Positions 34,630-45,264 of a stretch of 64,000 bases of DNA are shown piece by piece. Each line of letters begins with the position of its first letter. Positions within the stretch are counted from its first letter, which is position 1. Position numbers and translations under genes: made by a program. Under the pieces are notes generated by a model that saw only the letters and a list, made by a program, of their open reading frames with translations, did not search any database and was not told where the DNA came from. The stretch is from a virus (taxonomy: Duplodnaviria > Caudoviricetes), in the IMG/VR virus record IMGVR_UViG_3300023178_000006; one strand, given 5' to 3'.

Positions 34630-36455
34630 TGAGAGGAATGGGAATATCAAATCCGTTATTTTTTGTCGGAGTAGTTGAAGATAATAACGACCCAAGTTTT
34701 CAAGGTCGTGTAAGAGTACGTGCTTTTGGTGTACATGGAACACATTCAGAAGTTCCCGTACAAAGTTTACCTTGGGCAATGTGTGTTAGTGGTGCGTATA
34801 CAGCAGACGACCCTTTACCACCTTTAAACTCTTTCGTATTTGGAATGTTTTTAGATGGTGATGAAGCACAGAACCCATTAATATTAGGAATGATTCCTAC
34901 TCAATACTATGAGGCAATGAATCCTAACTTAGATGGTTATGGTGTAATTCCAGATAAAGATGGTGATATCCTCGCAAAAGGTTTTACACCTGAAGATATT
35001 GGAGAACACCAAAGGTCAAAAGTTGGAAGAGCCGAACGTATTGATAATACTTTCCATAATCAAATTAGTACTAACGCACTTCAAAATCAAAAAGTTGGTG
35101 GAACAGAAGATACATGGGACCAACCTTCTTCTGCATACTCAGCAAAATATCCTTATAATAGAGTAATCGAAACAGCAAGACATACAATTGAATTAGATGA
35201 TACACCTGGTGGTGAGCGTATTTCAATACATCATACTTCAGGTTCATTTATTCAAATTGATGCTAAGGGTACAACAACCGAAAGAGCTGAGGGTGACAGA
35301 TACGAAATTAATATTGGAACAAAACACGAATCTTCTGGACATAGTGTTGTAACAGTTAATGGTAATGCTCATGTCTATGTGAAAGGTAACAAGACAGAAG
35401 AAATCATGGGCAACTATAAGTTGATGGTTCATGGTAACTCTGAGTTTAACACTGGACAGAGTTCATTCGTACATGCTGGAAACAGTTTACAAATGAGAGG
35501 TGGTAATCTTAAACTTGAAGCGAATGCAGATATCTTAACAATATTTGGTAAAGAAGAAGTTCAGATTGAAGCAGAAAAACAAATTAATAGTGTATCAGCT
35601 AATATTAAAAATACTGCATTAATGAACTATGATTGTTATGCAAATAAGAATATTAAATTTACTACACTAATGGATTTCCACGCTCAAGCTTCAAATATGG
35701 TATTGACTGCGACGGGTTTAATTCCAAGTAGTCCACTTTCGGGTACAATACCTCTTGCAACAGGATTTAGTTTAACAACTCCTCAAGTATCAATATTATC
35801 AGCATTCGGAAGCTTCTCAGGTATCTGGAATGCCGCAACACTCAATGGTGGTATTGTATCAGGTACAACAGGAAACTTTGCAACCTGTAATGCTACAATC
35901 CTCGCAGCACCTCCACCTATTAGTGCCGCACCAGGAAGTCCATGTGCACCAGGACCTGGAAGATTAACAACCCCAGCAGCAATGCCGACTCTTCCTGTAC
36001 TTACACCTCCATCACAGAGTTTATTAGTAGTACCTCCACTTAATGTTGGTATATCTTCTGGATATGCTTATCCATCACCAAATGGAGATATTGCAGCTTT
36101 CTTTTCAGGTGTATTAACATCACCTTTCGCAGCATTAGGTATTCCTAACCCATTGGGAATTGGTGGTTATGGTATAAGTAGAGTACAAGCACCTGAACCA
36201 GTAAGTGCAGCAACATCAATTGTTGAAGGTGGATACTTTAATACTGGAAGTGCAGGTGGTTGGTCATCTCCTCCCGCGGATACCGCGAAGAATGATGGTC
36301 AAACATATCCATTATTTGGTGCTATAACAAGCGCATTTGAAAATATATTTGGAGGAAACGAAGAAGAACCAGTAGCCGCAGGATTTGATGCTAATGGTGC
36401 TATCATCGTAACTCAACCAGAATATGATGCAAACGGACAAATCATAGAGAGTTAA
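34629..36455 (+). CDS. gp5: Baseplate central spike gp5-like, no lysozyme domain seen
   Basis: FFVGVVEDNNDP...GRVRVR OB-fold and YPYNRVIET..H.IE.DDTPG.ERI...H.SG; start reassigned to 34629. Confidence 0.8.
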   Translation: MRGMGISNPLFFVGVVEDNNDPSFQGRVRVRAFGVHGTHSEVPVQSLPWAMCVSGAYTADDPLPPLNSFVFGMFLDGDEAQNPLILGMIPTQYYEAMNPNLDGYGVIPDKDGDILAKGFTPEDIGEHQRSKVGRAERIDNTFHNQISTNALQNQKVGGTEDTWDQPSSAYSAKYPYNRVIETARHTIELDDTPGGERISIHHTSGSFIQIDAKGTTTERAEGDRYEINIGTKHESSGHSVVTVNGNAHVYVKGNKTEEIMGNYKLMVHGNSEFNTGQSSFVHAGNSLQMRGGNLKLEANADILTIFGKEEVQIEAEKQINSVSANIKNTALMNYDCYANKNIKFTTLMDFHAQASNMVLTATGLIPSSPLSGTIPLATGFSLTTPQVSILSAFGSFSGIWNAATLNGGIVSGTTGNFATCNATILAAPPPISAAPGSPCAPGPGRLTTPAAMPTLPVLTPPSQSLLVVPPLNVGISSGYAYPSPNGDIAAFFSGVLTSPFAALGIPNPLGIGGYGISRVQAPEPVSAATSIVEGGYFNTGSAGGWSSPPADTAKNDGQTYPLFGAITSAFENIFGGNEEEPVAAGFDANGAIIVTQPEYDANGQIIES

Positions 36456-36456
36456 T

Positions 36457-38010
36457 ATGGCTAGTAAGTGTATTGATTATTCAGACCAAACAGTAAGAAA
36501 CCAATTAGCATTAAGCGCTGGTCCTACTGTAAATGCTGATGGGTCTTTCACAGTCAATCAGATTGATGTATGGTCAAAAGAACTCGCAGAAAATATTTTA
36601 CAAGAAGCTGAGAATAATCCAGTTCAAATTGCTGTTAATAGATATGGTTCAGGATTCTACGATGCAGTTAATTATTTAAATGGTGAATTTCGTAATCGAG
36701 TAAGAGATGGATTAGATGGGTTTGATGATTTAGCAAGACGTTGGGAAAAAGGAGATATTACAAGTCTCGAAGCAGCGGACTTTATGAATGTTTCAAACTA
36801 TACACCTGATGGAATTCAATCTCAGAGAGATTACGTAAAACTTACTCGAAATCTTGATGCGTATTATAAGGATTCATTTGCTCAAAGTATTATGGGTGGA
36901 TTCTGTCAATCCATGGAAAATATATTTGCAAATATTGACCAGTTCTATGAGTTGATTGGAGTCATTGATGGATACATTAAAGATGCAGCAGCACTTCTAG
37001 AAAAGATTCGTAATTTTGATGGAATATCTGCAGTCGCAGTTCAAGCTGCTATTACAGCATTAATTAAGAAGATTAAAGATGAGATTGTAAAAGTTGTTGA
37101 TGAGATTATTCAAGAGATTGAAGATGCTATATCGAACTTTGACATTTCAAATCTTATTGATGAAATTCAAGATGGTCATACAAAAAGTGTTAAAGCAATC
37201 ATGACCGCAAAGGAACAAATGTGCGCAGCATTTACAGAAGAAAATAAAAAGTCAGTAAGAGATAAAGCAAAAGGATTAATTGATTATGCAGTAAGTCTTT
37301 TTGAAAGTCCAAATATTGAACAAATCCAGTTTATGGTTTATAGATTCTGTGCGTTAGCTACAAACATTGAATTATTATTTAAAGAACTCAAACAACCTCT
37401 CGATGATTATGGATTTAGATATAGACGTATTACACAAAGATTAAGTGCTATTTCGAATGTCAACACATCAACTGCTATTCGAAATGGAGCAATAAGATTT
37501 TCTCCAGAAAAACGAGAAGAAACGATAAATAGTTTAAGAGCGCTGTGGGACGGTGAAGGTGGTGAAAGAATTACACCAAGCGGTGAAGAACCTATTACTG
37601 TTAAACCAATTAAAGCCGAAGAATACCAGAACTTACCACACTGTGGAGCTGTATTTTCAGGTAAACACGAATGGTTAAGTGTTAAGGGCGATTCTTTTGA
37701 TGAAAAAGAAGGTATAGGTATAAGAGCTTATACAAGAGTTGACCTTGACGTTAAAGTATATTTAGCAAGAATTCGTGAAGATATTGGTGGAGAGTATGTC
37801 ATAACTGATGGCTGGGTCAGTAAAAAATGGAATGATAAACAAGAAAATGACTCAGATAACACACACTTGAGTGGTTTGGTTATAGATATAGAAAGAACAG
37901 CAGATTTAGACATAGATACATTTACTGAAGCAGCTTATAAAGCCGGGTTTAAAAATGTAGTTGCATATGAAAAGCATATACATTTAGACATAAGGGAATT
38001 ACCTCGATGA
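36457..38010 (+). CDS. Virion protein with a C-terminal peptidase M15-like domain
   Basis: ITDGWVS...HLSGLVIDI...HIHLD zinc-peptidase motifs after a long helical region. Confidence 0.65.
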   Translation: MASKCIDYSDQTVRNQLALSAGPTVNADGSFTVNQIDVWSKELAENILQEAENNPVQIAVNRYGSGFYDAVNYLNGEFRNRVRDGLDGFDDLARRWEKGDITSLEAADFMNVSNYTPDGIQSQRDYVKLTRNLDAYYKDSFAQSIMGGFCQSMENIFANIDQFYELIGVIDGYIKDAAALLEKIRNFDGISAVAVQAAITALIKKIKDEIVKVVDEIIQEIEDAISNFDISNLIDEIQDGHTKSVKAIMTAKEQMCAAFTEENKKSVRDKAKGLIDYAVSLFESPNIEQIQFMVYRFCALATNIELLFKELKQPLDDYGFRYRRITQRLSAISNVNTSTAIRNGAIRFSPEKREETINSLRALWDGEGGERITPSGEEPITVKPIKAEEYQNLPHCGAVFSGKHEWLSVKGDSFDEKEGIGIRAYTRVDLDVKVYLARIREDIGGEYVITDGWVSKKWNDKQENDSDNTHLSGLVIDIERTADLDIDTFTEAAYKAGFKNVVAYEKHIHLDIRELPR

Positions 38011-38423
38011 CAATCGATATAAAAACACCTGTTAGTAAAAAACAGAATTTATATTCAGACCTGAAAAAGGATTTGACGATTAGTCCTATCTCTAAAGACC
38101 TCGCTTTATTAAAAGACGAAGATTCAGTAAAAGAATCAATTAAAAATTTAGTACTAACAGACCCAGGCGAAAGATTGATGCAACCATTTATCGGTGGTGG
38201 TATCAGAGGTTTATTATTCGAAAACCTTACACCTGGTACATTAAAACTCATTGAAAGCAGAGTTAAGACAACGATTAACACATATGAACCAAGAGCTGAA
38301 ATCATTAGTGTTACAGCATCTGCTAAAGATAATGACAACACAGTAAATGTAGTTGTAGTATTCTATGTAAGAAATTCAGAAATTCCAGTAACGTTGGATT
38401 TAATATTAACAAGGGTAAGATAA
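38007..38423 (+). CDS. gp25: Baseplate wedge gp25
   Basis: SIKNLVLT.PGER.MQP..G and I.TYEPRA. Confidence 0.9.
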   Translation: MTIDIKTPVSKKQNLYSDLKKDLTISPISKDLALLKDEDSVKESIKNLVLTDPGERLMQPFIGGGIRGLLFENLTPGTLKLIESRVKTTINTYEPRAEIISVTASAKDNDNTVNVVVVFYVRNSEIPVTLDLILTRVR

Positions 38424-38424
38424 G

Positions 38425-40302
38425 ATGGCCAAATCAGTAAAAACACCTATAACAGAATTGGATTTCGATTCAATTAAAACGCAGTTGAGGACTCACCTCA
38501 GCACACAGACTCAATTTAAAGATTATAACTTTGAAGGTTCAAACATGAGTGCACTACTCGATGTACTAGCATTCAATACCTTCCAAAATAATTTCTATAC
38601 AAACATGGCACTCAATGAGATGTTCTTAGATTCGGCCGTCCTAAAGAACTCAATTGTTTCCCATGCTAAAGAATTAAATTATATTCCAAGGTCTCGTAAA
38701 TCTGCTCGAGCAAGAGTTAATGTTACTATCACAGATGAATTTGAAACAGCATCTACAATTACCATTCCTACATATTCAAATTTTAGTTCAAACTATCAAG
38801 GTGAATTATTTAACTTCGTAACTAATGAAACATATGTTGCAAGACGTACAGCACCTGGTGTTTATGTCGCAGAAAATGTAGAATTGTTTGAAGGTCAAAT
38901 GCTTTCAAGTTTCCAAAGAGAAGGATTCATCGTTGATGAAGATGGAGTATTACGTGTTCAATTAACAAACAATGAAGTTGATACTGATTCACTCGTTGTA
39001 TTCGTTGACGCAGAAGCAACTGAAGACCAAAATGTATTTACAAGAGCGAATACAATTTATGGAGTTAAATCAGACGATAAAGTATTTTATTTAGAACCTT
39101 ATCTCGATGATAGGTATGCTATTTACTTTGGTAAAAACGAATTTGGTTTACAACCCGAAGAGTTCGAAGATGTACGTGTAAGATATCGTATTTGTTCGGG
39201 TGTTGAAGCCAATGGTGCAAATACTTTCTCAGCATCTTTTATTGATGGTGCAACAATTAGTGTTGAAACAATATCAGCAGCAACAGGTGGTGAAGAAAGA
39301 GAATCAATGGAATCTATTCGTTACTTTGCTCCTAAAGCATTACAAATTCAAGAACGCGCAGTAACAAATAATGATTACGAAGTTTTATTACAACAAGCAT
39401 TCCCAGAAATTACAGCGGTTTCTGCTTATGGTGGTGAACAACTTGAACCACCTCAATTTGGTAAGGTTGCAATCTCTGTTTATATTTCAGACAACACTAC
39501 ATTAATTTCTTCAACAGCAGCTAATGCTTATATTAAATATCTTTCAGATAAGAGTCCTTTAGGTATTGAACCTTTCTTTGTTCAAACAGAATTCGTATAT
39601 GCAGACATTGTTGTTGATGCAACATATAGTAATAAAGCAACAGACAAGAGTTCAGCAGAACTTGAAGCATTAATACGTAGTACAATTCAAACATATTCAG
39701 ACGATAAACTTGAAAACTTTAATAGAACATTTAGAGAATCTCAGTTGTCTGGATTGATTGATAGTGCTGATGAAGGTATACAATCAAACGATATTACAGT
39801 AATGCCTATTATTGAATACGCACCTGCAGTTAACGTTAAAACAGCACCTTCATTTAAATTTGAAGCAGAGCTTATTAAACCATATCCTTTCAGAAGTGCG
39901 AATGGATTTACAGATTACAAACCTGCTATCAAATCAAGTTCATTTGATATTTTAGGTGTATGTGTTTATTTACAAGATGATGGTATTGGAAATATGATGA
40001 CAGTTACAGATGACGCAACCAACCCTCAGATTGTAAACCCAACCGCAGGAACAGTTGATTATACAACGGGTGAAGTAAAACTTACAAACTTTACAGTAGA
40101 ATCATATCCTGGTAGCGCAATTAAGATTATGGCAAGAATGAAGAACGCAGATATTAAAGCACCACAAGGACGTGTGTTTATATTAAGAGATAATGATGTC
40201 GTAGTGAATATGACATTAGAAGAAAGAATATCACCAAGTACAGTAACTTCATCATCGACTATCGGTACACTGAGTACCGTAAGTAGTGGTGGAAGCTATT
40301 AA
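38425..40302 (+). CDS. gp6: Baseplate wedge gp6
   Basis: LDFDSIK, FKDYNFEGSN.S.LLDVLAFNT and QERAVT..DY. Confidence 0.92.
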   Translation: MAKSVKTPITELDFDSIKTQLRTHLSTQTQFKDYNFEGSNMSALLDVLAFNTFQNNFYTNMALNEMFLDSAVLKNSIVSHAKELNYIPRSRKSARARVNVTITDEFETASTITIPTYSNFSSNYQGELFNFVTNETYVARRTAPGVYVAENVELFEGQMLSSFQREGFIVDEDGVLRVQLTNNEVDTDSLVVFVDAEATEDQNVFTRANTIYGVKSDDKVFYLEPYLDDRYAIYFGKNEFGLQPEEFEDVRVRYRICSGVEANGANTFSASFIDGATISVETISAATGGEERESMESIRYFAPKALQIQERAVTNNDYEVLLQQAFPEITAVSAYGGEQLEPPQFGKVAISVYISDNTTLISSTAANAYIKYLSDKSPLGIEPFFVQTEFVYADIVVDATYSNKATDKSSAELEALIRSTIQTYSDDKLENFNRTFRESQLSGLIDSADEGIQSNDITVMPIIEYAPAVNVKTAPSFKFEAELIKPYPFRSANGFTDYKPAIKSSSFDILGVCVYLQDDGIGNMMTVTDDATNPQIVNPTAGTVDYTTGEVKLTNFTVESYPGSAIKIMARMKNADIKAPQGRVFILRDNDVVVNMTLEERISPSTVTSSSTIGTLSTVSSGGSY

Positions 40303-40321
40303 TTAAAAAGAGAAAGTACTA

Positions 40322-42682
40322 ATGGAAGTACAAAAAGATATAGCATTTTTTATCGAGCAACAATTTCCCGGCATCTATAGGGAAGATGGTCAAGAGCTTG
40401 TACAACTTGCTAGAGATTATTATAAATGGTTAGAGATTACAACTAATCAATCTAACTATGTGTCTCGTCGATTCTTTGAATATAAAGATGTTGATACTAC
40501 TATTAAAGAACTTTTAATATTTTATCAGAAAAAATATCTCGCTGACCTTGAACTCAAACCAACCATTGTATCTTTCTTAGTTAAAAATATTCTCGACCTT
40601 TATAGAAGAAAAGGTACACCCGGTGGTATCGAATTATTTTTTAGTATCTTTTATAAAGAATATGATATTGATGTTATCTATCCTGCGAAAAGGATGCTTA
40701 AGATTTCTAATAGTACTTGGAAACAAGGTGTATATCTTCAAATGTTTCCTAACGATAATTTCTTTTTATCGAAAACAGATGTCGAATATAGTTATGCAGA
40801 TTTAATATCTCGTAATATTACTGGTAGCGCATCTGGTGCTAAAGCTGCGGTTTCAAAAATTAACTTTATTATTCTAAATGGTATTAAAACACCAATCATT
40901 TATATTGATGAAGTACAAGGAAACTTCGATAAGTATGATGATATTATTACAAATATTAATGGTGAAGTGATATCTTTCGGTAAAGTTAATGGTTCACTTA
41001 ATGGTATCGACGTTGACTTAACATATAAAGGAACAACAGGAAACGAAATCGGTGATAAGTATATTGCTAAATCAAGTCGTGGAAGTGGTGGTGATGTAAT
41101 TGTTACCGAAACACAAGATAAAATAACAGGTCAAATTGATTATGAACTTGACAATGGTGGTTACGGTTATACAATAGATAACACTAGGTTATTAGTTTCA
41201 AATCAAACATTAATTTTAGATAATGAAGATTTAACTTTTACAGAATATGAAAGAATACAAGATACCGCAGGAACTCAAGGTTATGTTGTAGGTCAATCAC
41301 CTCAAGCAGTCGGGATATATATTACGTCAGCATCCCCTGCAAAATTTAATGGTGTTGAAGCAATCACAACACTTGACCGTGTCGATGCTCAAGGAAATCC
41401 AGATAATGTTACTTTAACGTTTGATGCTTTCTCAGATAGAAATGATTCTTCACCTGGTCCTTTATATCCGGATACAGGATTAGCAACCGATGTTAAAGTT
41501 CGTTCATTAACAAACATTTCAACTGCATCAGTTATTACTGACCAAGTTTTACCTTTTGTTGCAACGAATATTAATGCAGCAGATTATGAAGCAACCGCAC
41601 CTATGAGTGGTAGTGCTTCACCAGTTAATTTAACAACACCTTTAAATCAAGCATTCGACATCCAGGCTTTACAGATTGGTAAGATTACAGGATTTGATAA
41701 TATTAATCCTGGCACAGATTATACTAATGACGTTTTTGCAAGAGCAAAAGACGATGTATTCTTTAACTTTGATAGAAGAAATCAGATTATAAGATTCCCA
41801 CTTCCTGGTGATGCTGGTGTATTCTCAATTGGTGAAATCATTACAGAGAAAAACACAAGTATTCAAGGTGAAGTACGAGCAATTAATACAGAACAAGGTT
41901 GGGTATCTGTAACACCATTTGATTATTACGGATTTAGTGGTACAAATAATATTATAAGAGGTAACGGAGACGAAGTTACAGTTGTAGGTATTCAAGTAGA
42001 TTATAACAGTCCACGTATTGGTGATAATGCAAACATTAATACTACAACCGAATTTGCAACAGGGCGTATTTCTAAAGTTGCAGTAGAGAATTCTGGTTTT
42101 GGATATGTTGATGGTGATGATGTCGAAATTGTAGATGAGAATAATAATATACAAGCAATTGGTACATTAAGTGCAAATACACAAGGTGTTACTGGTGGTT
42201 ACTGGGCAGATTTCAGTTCTCACTTAAACGGATATATTCCTAGTGAAGCAAACAATCAAATACTTGAATATTTCACATCAGGACAAAGAGTACAAGACAG
42301 TGATTTCTATCAAGAATATTCATATCAAATTAAATCAACTCTTGATAAAAGTCAATATGAGAAACTATTAAAACAAAACGTTCACTTAGCTGGTTCTAAG
42401 ATGTTTGGTGATTTCATTTATAAAGTTGAGATACCATTTAACACTAAGACTAGATTTATGAGAATGTTTAATGATGATGGAAGTGGTTCACCACTTGACC
42501 AAGCGAATGTTGTGAATTTAGAAGCATCAGTAACAAACTTCACTGTTGATTCTACATACATAACTGCAGACCATGTGAACAATGGTGGTTGGACAGGAAG
42601 TAATACACTAGATTTAAATTCTCTTGGTGTAAGTGATACCAACGGAAATTATCCAAGTACAACAACAATAACGGTGAGCTAA
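40322..42682 (+). CDS. Baseplate wedge initiator (gp7-like)
   Basis: YRRKGT..GIE.FF...Y and QDS.FYQEYSYQIK; follows gp6. Confidence 0.65.
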   Translation: MEVQKDIAFFIEQQFPGIYREDGQELVQLARDYYKWLEITTNQSNYVSRRFFEYKDVDTTIKELLIFYQKKYLADLELKPTIVSFLVKNILDLYRRKGTPGGIELFFSIFYKEYDIDVIYPAKRMLKISNSTWKQGVYLQMFPNDNFFLSKTDVEYSYADLISRNITGSASGAKAAVSKINFIILNGIKTPIIYIDEVQGNFDKYDDIITNINGEVISFGKVNGSLNGIDVDLTYKGTTGNEIGDKYIAKSSRGSGGDVIVTETQDKITGQIDYELDNGGYGYTIDNTRLLVSNQTLILDNEDLTFTEYERIQDTAGTQGYVVGQSPQAVGIYITSASPAKFNGVEAITTLDRVDAQGNPDNVTLTFDAFSDRNDSSPGPLYPDTGLATDVKVRSLTNISTASVITDQVLPFVATNINAADYEATAPMSGSASPVNLTTPLNQAFDIQALQIGKITGFDNINPGTDYTNDVFARAKDDVFFNFDRRNQIIRFPLPGDAGVFSIGEIITEKNTSIQGEVRAINTEQGWVSVTPFDYYGFSGTNNIIRGNGDEVTVVGIQVDYNSPRIGDNANINTTTEFATGRISKVAVENSGFGYVDGDDVEIVDENNNIQAIGTLSANTQGVTGGYWADFSSHLNGYIPSEANNQILEYFTSGQRVQDSDFYQEYSYQIKSTLDKSQYEKLLKQNVHLAGSKMFGDFIYKVEIPFNTKTRFMRMFNDDGSGSPLDQANVVNLEASVTNFTVDSTYITADHVNNGGWTGSNTLDLNSLGVSDTNGNYPSTTTITVS

Positions 42683-42683
42683 C

Positions 42684-43532
42684 ATGCCAACAATGAGAAT
42701 CCAATCAGACGGTGACCCTTATCCAGCTAAAGCTGGAGTAACGGTATTAACCAATGATGGAACGACTGCTCGTTCAGGATTTGGGGGAAATAATCAAATT
42801 TCAGACCAAACACATGATTTTCAATTTGAATATCGTGGAGGTCAGAATACTGAGAATCCTCAAGCAACAACATTGGGCGCAATGGGATGTGCACTAAATG
42901 GTGTAGTATTATTTAATCCTAGTGCTGCTCCAGGACCCTTACCAGGTGGAAATCAACCACCAGCTCAAGGGTTTACCTATAACGCAGTATTTAATGAATC
43001 TGCTTATGGTGTAGATGCATGTGGTGGACACCCAGAACAAAATGGTGAATATCATTATCATTCTGGTTCATTCTTAATTAATTGTTGGAATGACCCAAAG
43101 TTTATTGGTGCTAATCCATATTATAATGATACCGACAACAGTGGAGATAATTTTAGACACACTGATGGTCACAGTAAAATCTTAGGATTTTGCTTTGATG
43201 GTTATCCTTTATATGGACCTTATGGATATTCAAATCCAAATGATAACACGAGTTTAGTAAAACAATTGTTAAGTAGTTGGCAGACACTTGCAACTGAAGC
43301 AACAGGTAGAGGATTTACTTATGCACAAGAACCTGCAGGAAGTTTTGTTCAAGACTACGAGTACGTAGATGGATTAGGAGATTTAGATGAGTACAATGGA
43401 AGATATTGTATTACTCCAGATTATCCAACAGGAACTTACGCATATTTCTTAACATTTGAAAACGGTGATTTTAATTCACCAGCCTTTCCATATATTTTTG
43501 GATTGAGTACAAAAGAACAAAGAGGCGTTTAA
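42684..43532 (+). CDS. YHYH-domain protein
   Basis: LNGV..FNP, D.CGGH, YHYH, HSKILGF.FDGYP.YGP and DLDEYNGR. Confidence 0.8.
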   Translation: MPTMRIQSDGDPYPAKAGVTVLTNDGTTARSGFGGNNQISDQTHDFQFEYRGGQNTENPQATTLGAMGCALNGVVLFNPSAAPGPLPGGNQPPAQGFTYNAVFNESAYGVDACGGHPEQNGEYHYHSGSFLINCWNDPKFIGANPYYNDTDNSGDNFRHTDGHSKILGFCFDGYPLYGPYGYSNPNDNTSLVKQLLSSWQTLATEATGRGFTYAQEPAGSFVQDYEYVDGLGDLDEYNGRYCITPDYPTGTYAYFLTFENGDFNSPAFPYIFGLSTKEQRGV

Positions 43533-43575
43533 CGCCTAATAAATATTAAATTAAATATTTTAAATAGAGGACGCT

Positions 43576-45261
43576 ATGGCCAAGCAAATTATTAATATAG
43601 GAGCATCTGCGAATGATGGGAGTGGTGACCCAATACGTAATGCTTTTGATAAAACAAACGACAACTTTAACGAATTATATTTCGCACTTGGTGGACCAAA
43701 CCAAGCGACATCCATGTTTAATGGAGATGGTGAACTTGACTTCCCAGGCAAGGCACACAAAATATCTTTCTACTATGCTACAAAGGCAGAACTTGACGCA
43801 GTTAATGCAAGTACATATCACGGAGCAATAGGACACGCTCATGATACAGGAAAACTTTATTATGCTCATAATGGAGCATGGAATCAACTTGCAAACTATT
43901 CAGATTTATCTTCACTAGCAGTTACTGAAGCATTCACAACAATATCAATCGCTGGCCAGAATGATGTTGTCGCTGATAGCGCCACTGATACACTTACTCT
44001 AGTTGCTGGTACAAATATCACCCTTGAAACTGATGAGAACGGAGATTCAATTACAATTACTGCAGCAGGTGGTGGAGGTAGTGGTTCTTCAAACTTCACT
44101 GGATTATCTGACACACCTTCTTCTTTAGGAAGTGCTAATCAATATGTAAGAGTTAATGGTGCTGGAAACGCATTGGAATTTGCAACTCTACCTACTGGTT
44201 ATGCAGATGGTGATGTAGATACTCATTTAAATACTTCAACTGCACAATCAGGTCAAGTATTAAGTTGGGACGGTTCTGATTATGATTGGGTTGCACAGTC
44301 AGGTGGTGGTGGAGGTGGTGGCTCAGTTGCTATGACTGACATTACTGATACGACAATTACAAATCCACAAAGTGGAGATATTCTAACTTATTTCCCAAAT
44401 GATAGTACATGGAGAAACGTAACATTCACTCCATCTTTCGCAGATATAGACCAACAACCAGCAGGTTCAACTGATAAAGCATTATTTGAAAATATTTTCG
44501 AAAACGCATCGACAGTATTAACTGTATCAGCAAACGGTACAACTGCATATCGTTTTGACCAATATGGAACAACAGACAATCCAACTATTTACGTAAAAGC
44601 TGGAACAACAATCGGTTTCGATTTATCCTATGACACAGGTGGAACACATCCATTTAAAATTCAAACATCAGGTGGTGTTGATTATAATACTGGATTAGTT
44701 GCTTTACAAGAAGGAAGCAAATACGAAGGAAGTAACGCACAAGGTACCTATGCAGGAACATTATTCTGGAAAGTACCAGCATCAATTTCTGGTAATTACA
44801 AATATGTTTGTTCATCTCACTCAGGAATGACAGGAACAATCGTTGTTGAAGCTGCCGCAGGTGGTGGAGGTGGTGGAGGAAGTTCCGCTACTCGAAATAC
44901 TGAAGCTGAAACAACAGGTTCAATTGCGGATGGTGCAGCAGGTAATGTTGCTTACGCAGATTTAGGTGTTTCATATGTTCTTTATTCAGTACAAACTGAT
45001 AAAGCCGCGTGGGTACGTATCTACGATGAAGTTGCATCAAGAACAGCAGACGCATCAAGAAACCAAGGAGACGACCCTGCTGAAGGTTCAGGTGTAATTG
45101 CAGAATTTATCACAGGTGGTGCTGCAACAGTTAAAGTAACACCAGGTGTATTTGGTTGGGTAGGAAACAGTGAAACCACTGTACCAGTCTCAGTAACAAA
45201 TTTAAGTGGTTCAACAGGAACCGTACAGGTAACAATAACAGCATTAACATTAGAGACTTAA
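43576..45261 (+). CDS. Structural/fibre protein with a cupredoxin-like domain
   Basis: MAKQIINIG...NDG.GD..R.AF.K.NDNF.ELY N-terminus, Gly linkers, and HPF...YVCSSHSGM. Confidence 0.65.
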   Translation: MAKQIINIGASANDGSGDPIRNAFDKTNDNFNELYFALGGPNQATSMFNGDGELDFPGKAHKISFYYATKAELDAVNASTYHGAIGHAHDTGKLYYAHNGAWNQLANYSDLSSLAVTEAFTTISIAGQNDVVADSATDTLTLVAGTNITLETDENGDSITITAAGGGGSGSSNFTGLSDTPSSLGSANQYVRVNGAGNALEFATLPTGYADGDVDTHLNTSTAQSGQVLSWDGSDYDWVAQSGGGGGGGSVAMTDITDTTITNPQSGDILTYFPNDSTWRNVTFTPSFADIDQQPAGSTDKALFENIFENASTVLTVSANGTTAYRFDQYGTTDNPTIYVKAGTTIGFDLSYDTGGTHPFKIQTSGGVDYNTGLVALQEGSKYEGSNAQGTYAGTLFWKVPASISGNYKYVCSSHSGMTGTIVVEAAAGGGGGGGSSATRNTEAETTGSIADGAAGNVAYADLGVSYVLYSVQTDKAAWVRIYDEVASRTADASRNQGDDPAEGSGVIAEFITGGAATVKVTPGVFGWVGNSETTVPVSVTNLSGSTGTVQVTITALTLET

Positions 45262-45264
45262 TAG

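Noticed and set aside
37949-38341. 130-aa minus-strand ORF, and the many other 60-130 aa ORFs nested in or opposite core genes
   Set aside because: They overlap well-supported genes in other frames and lack RBS and motifs, as expected by chance.
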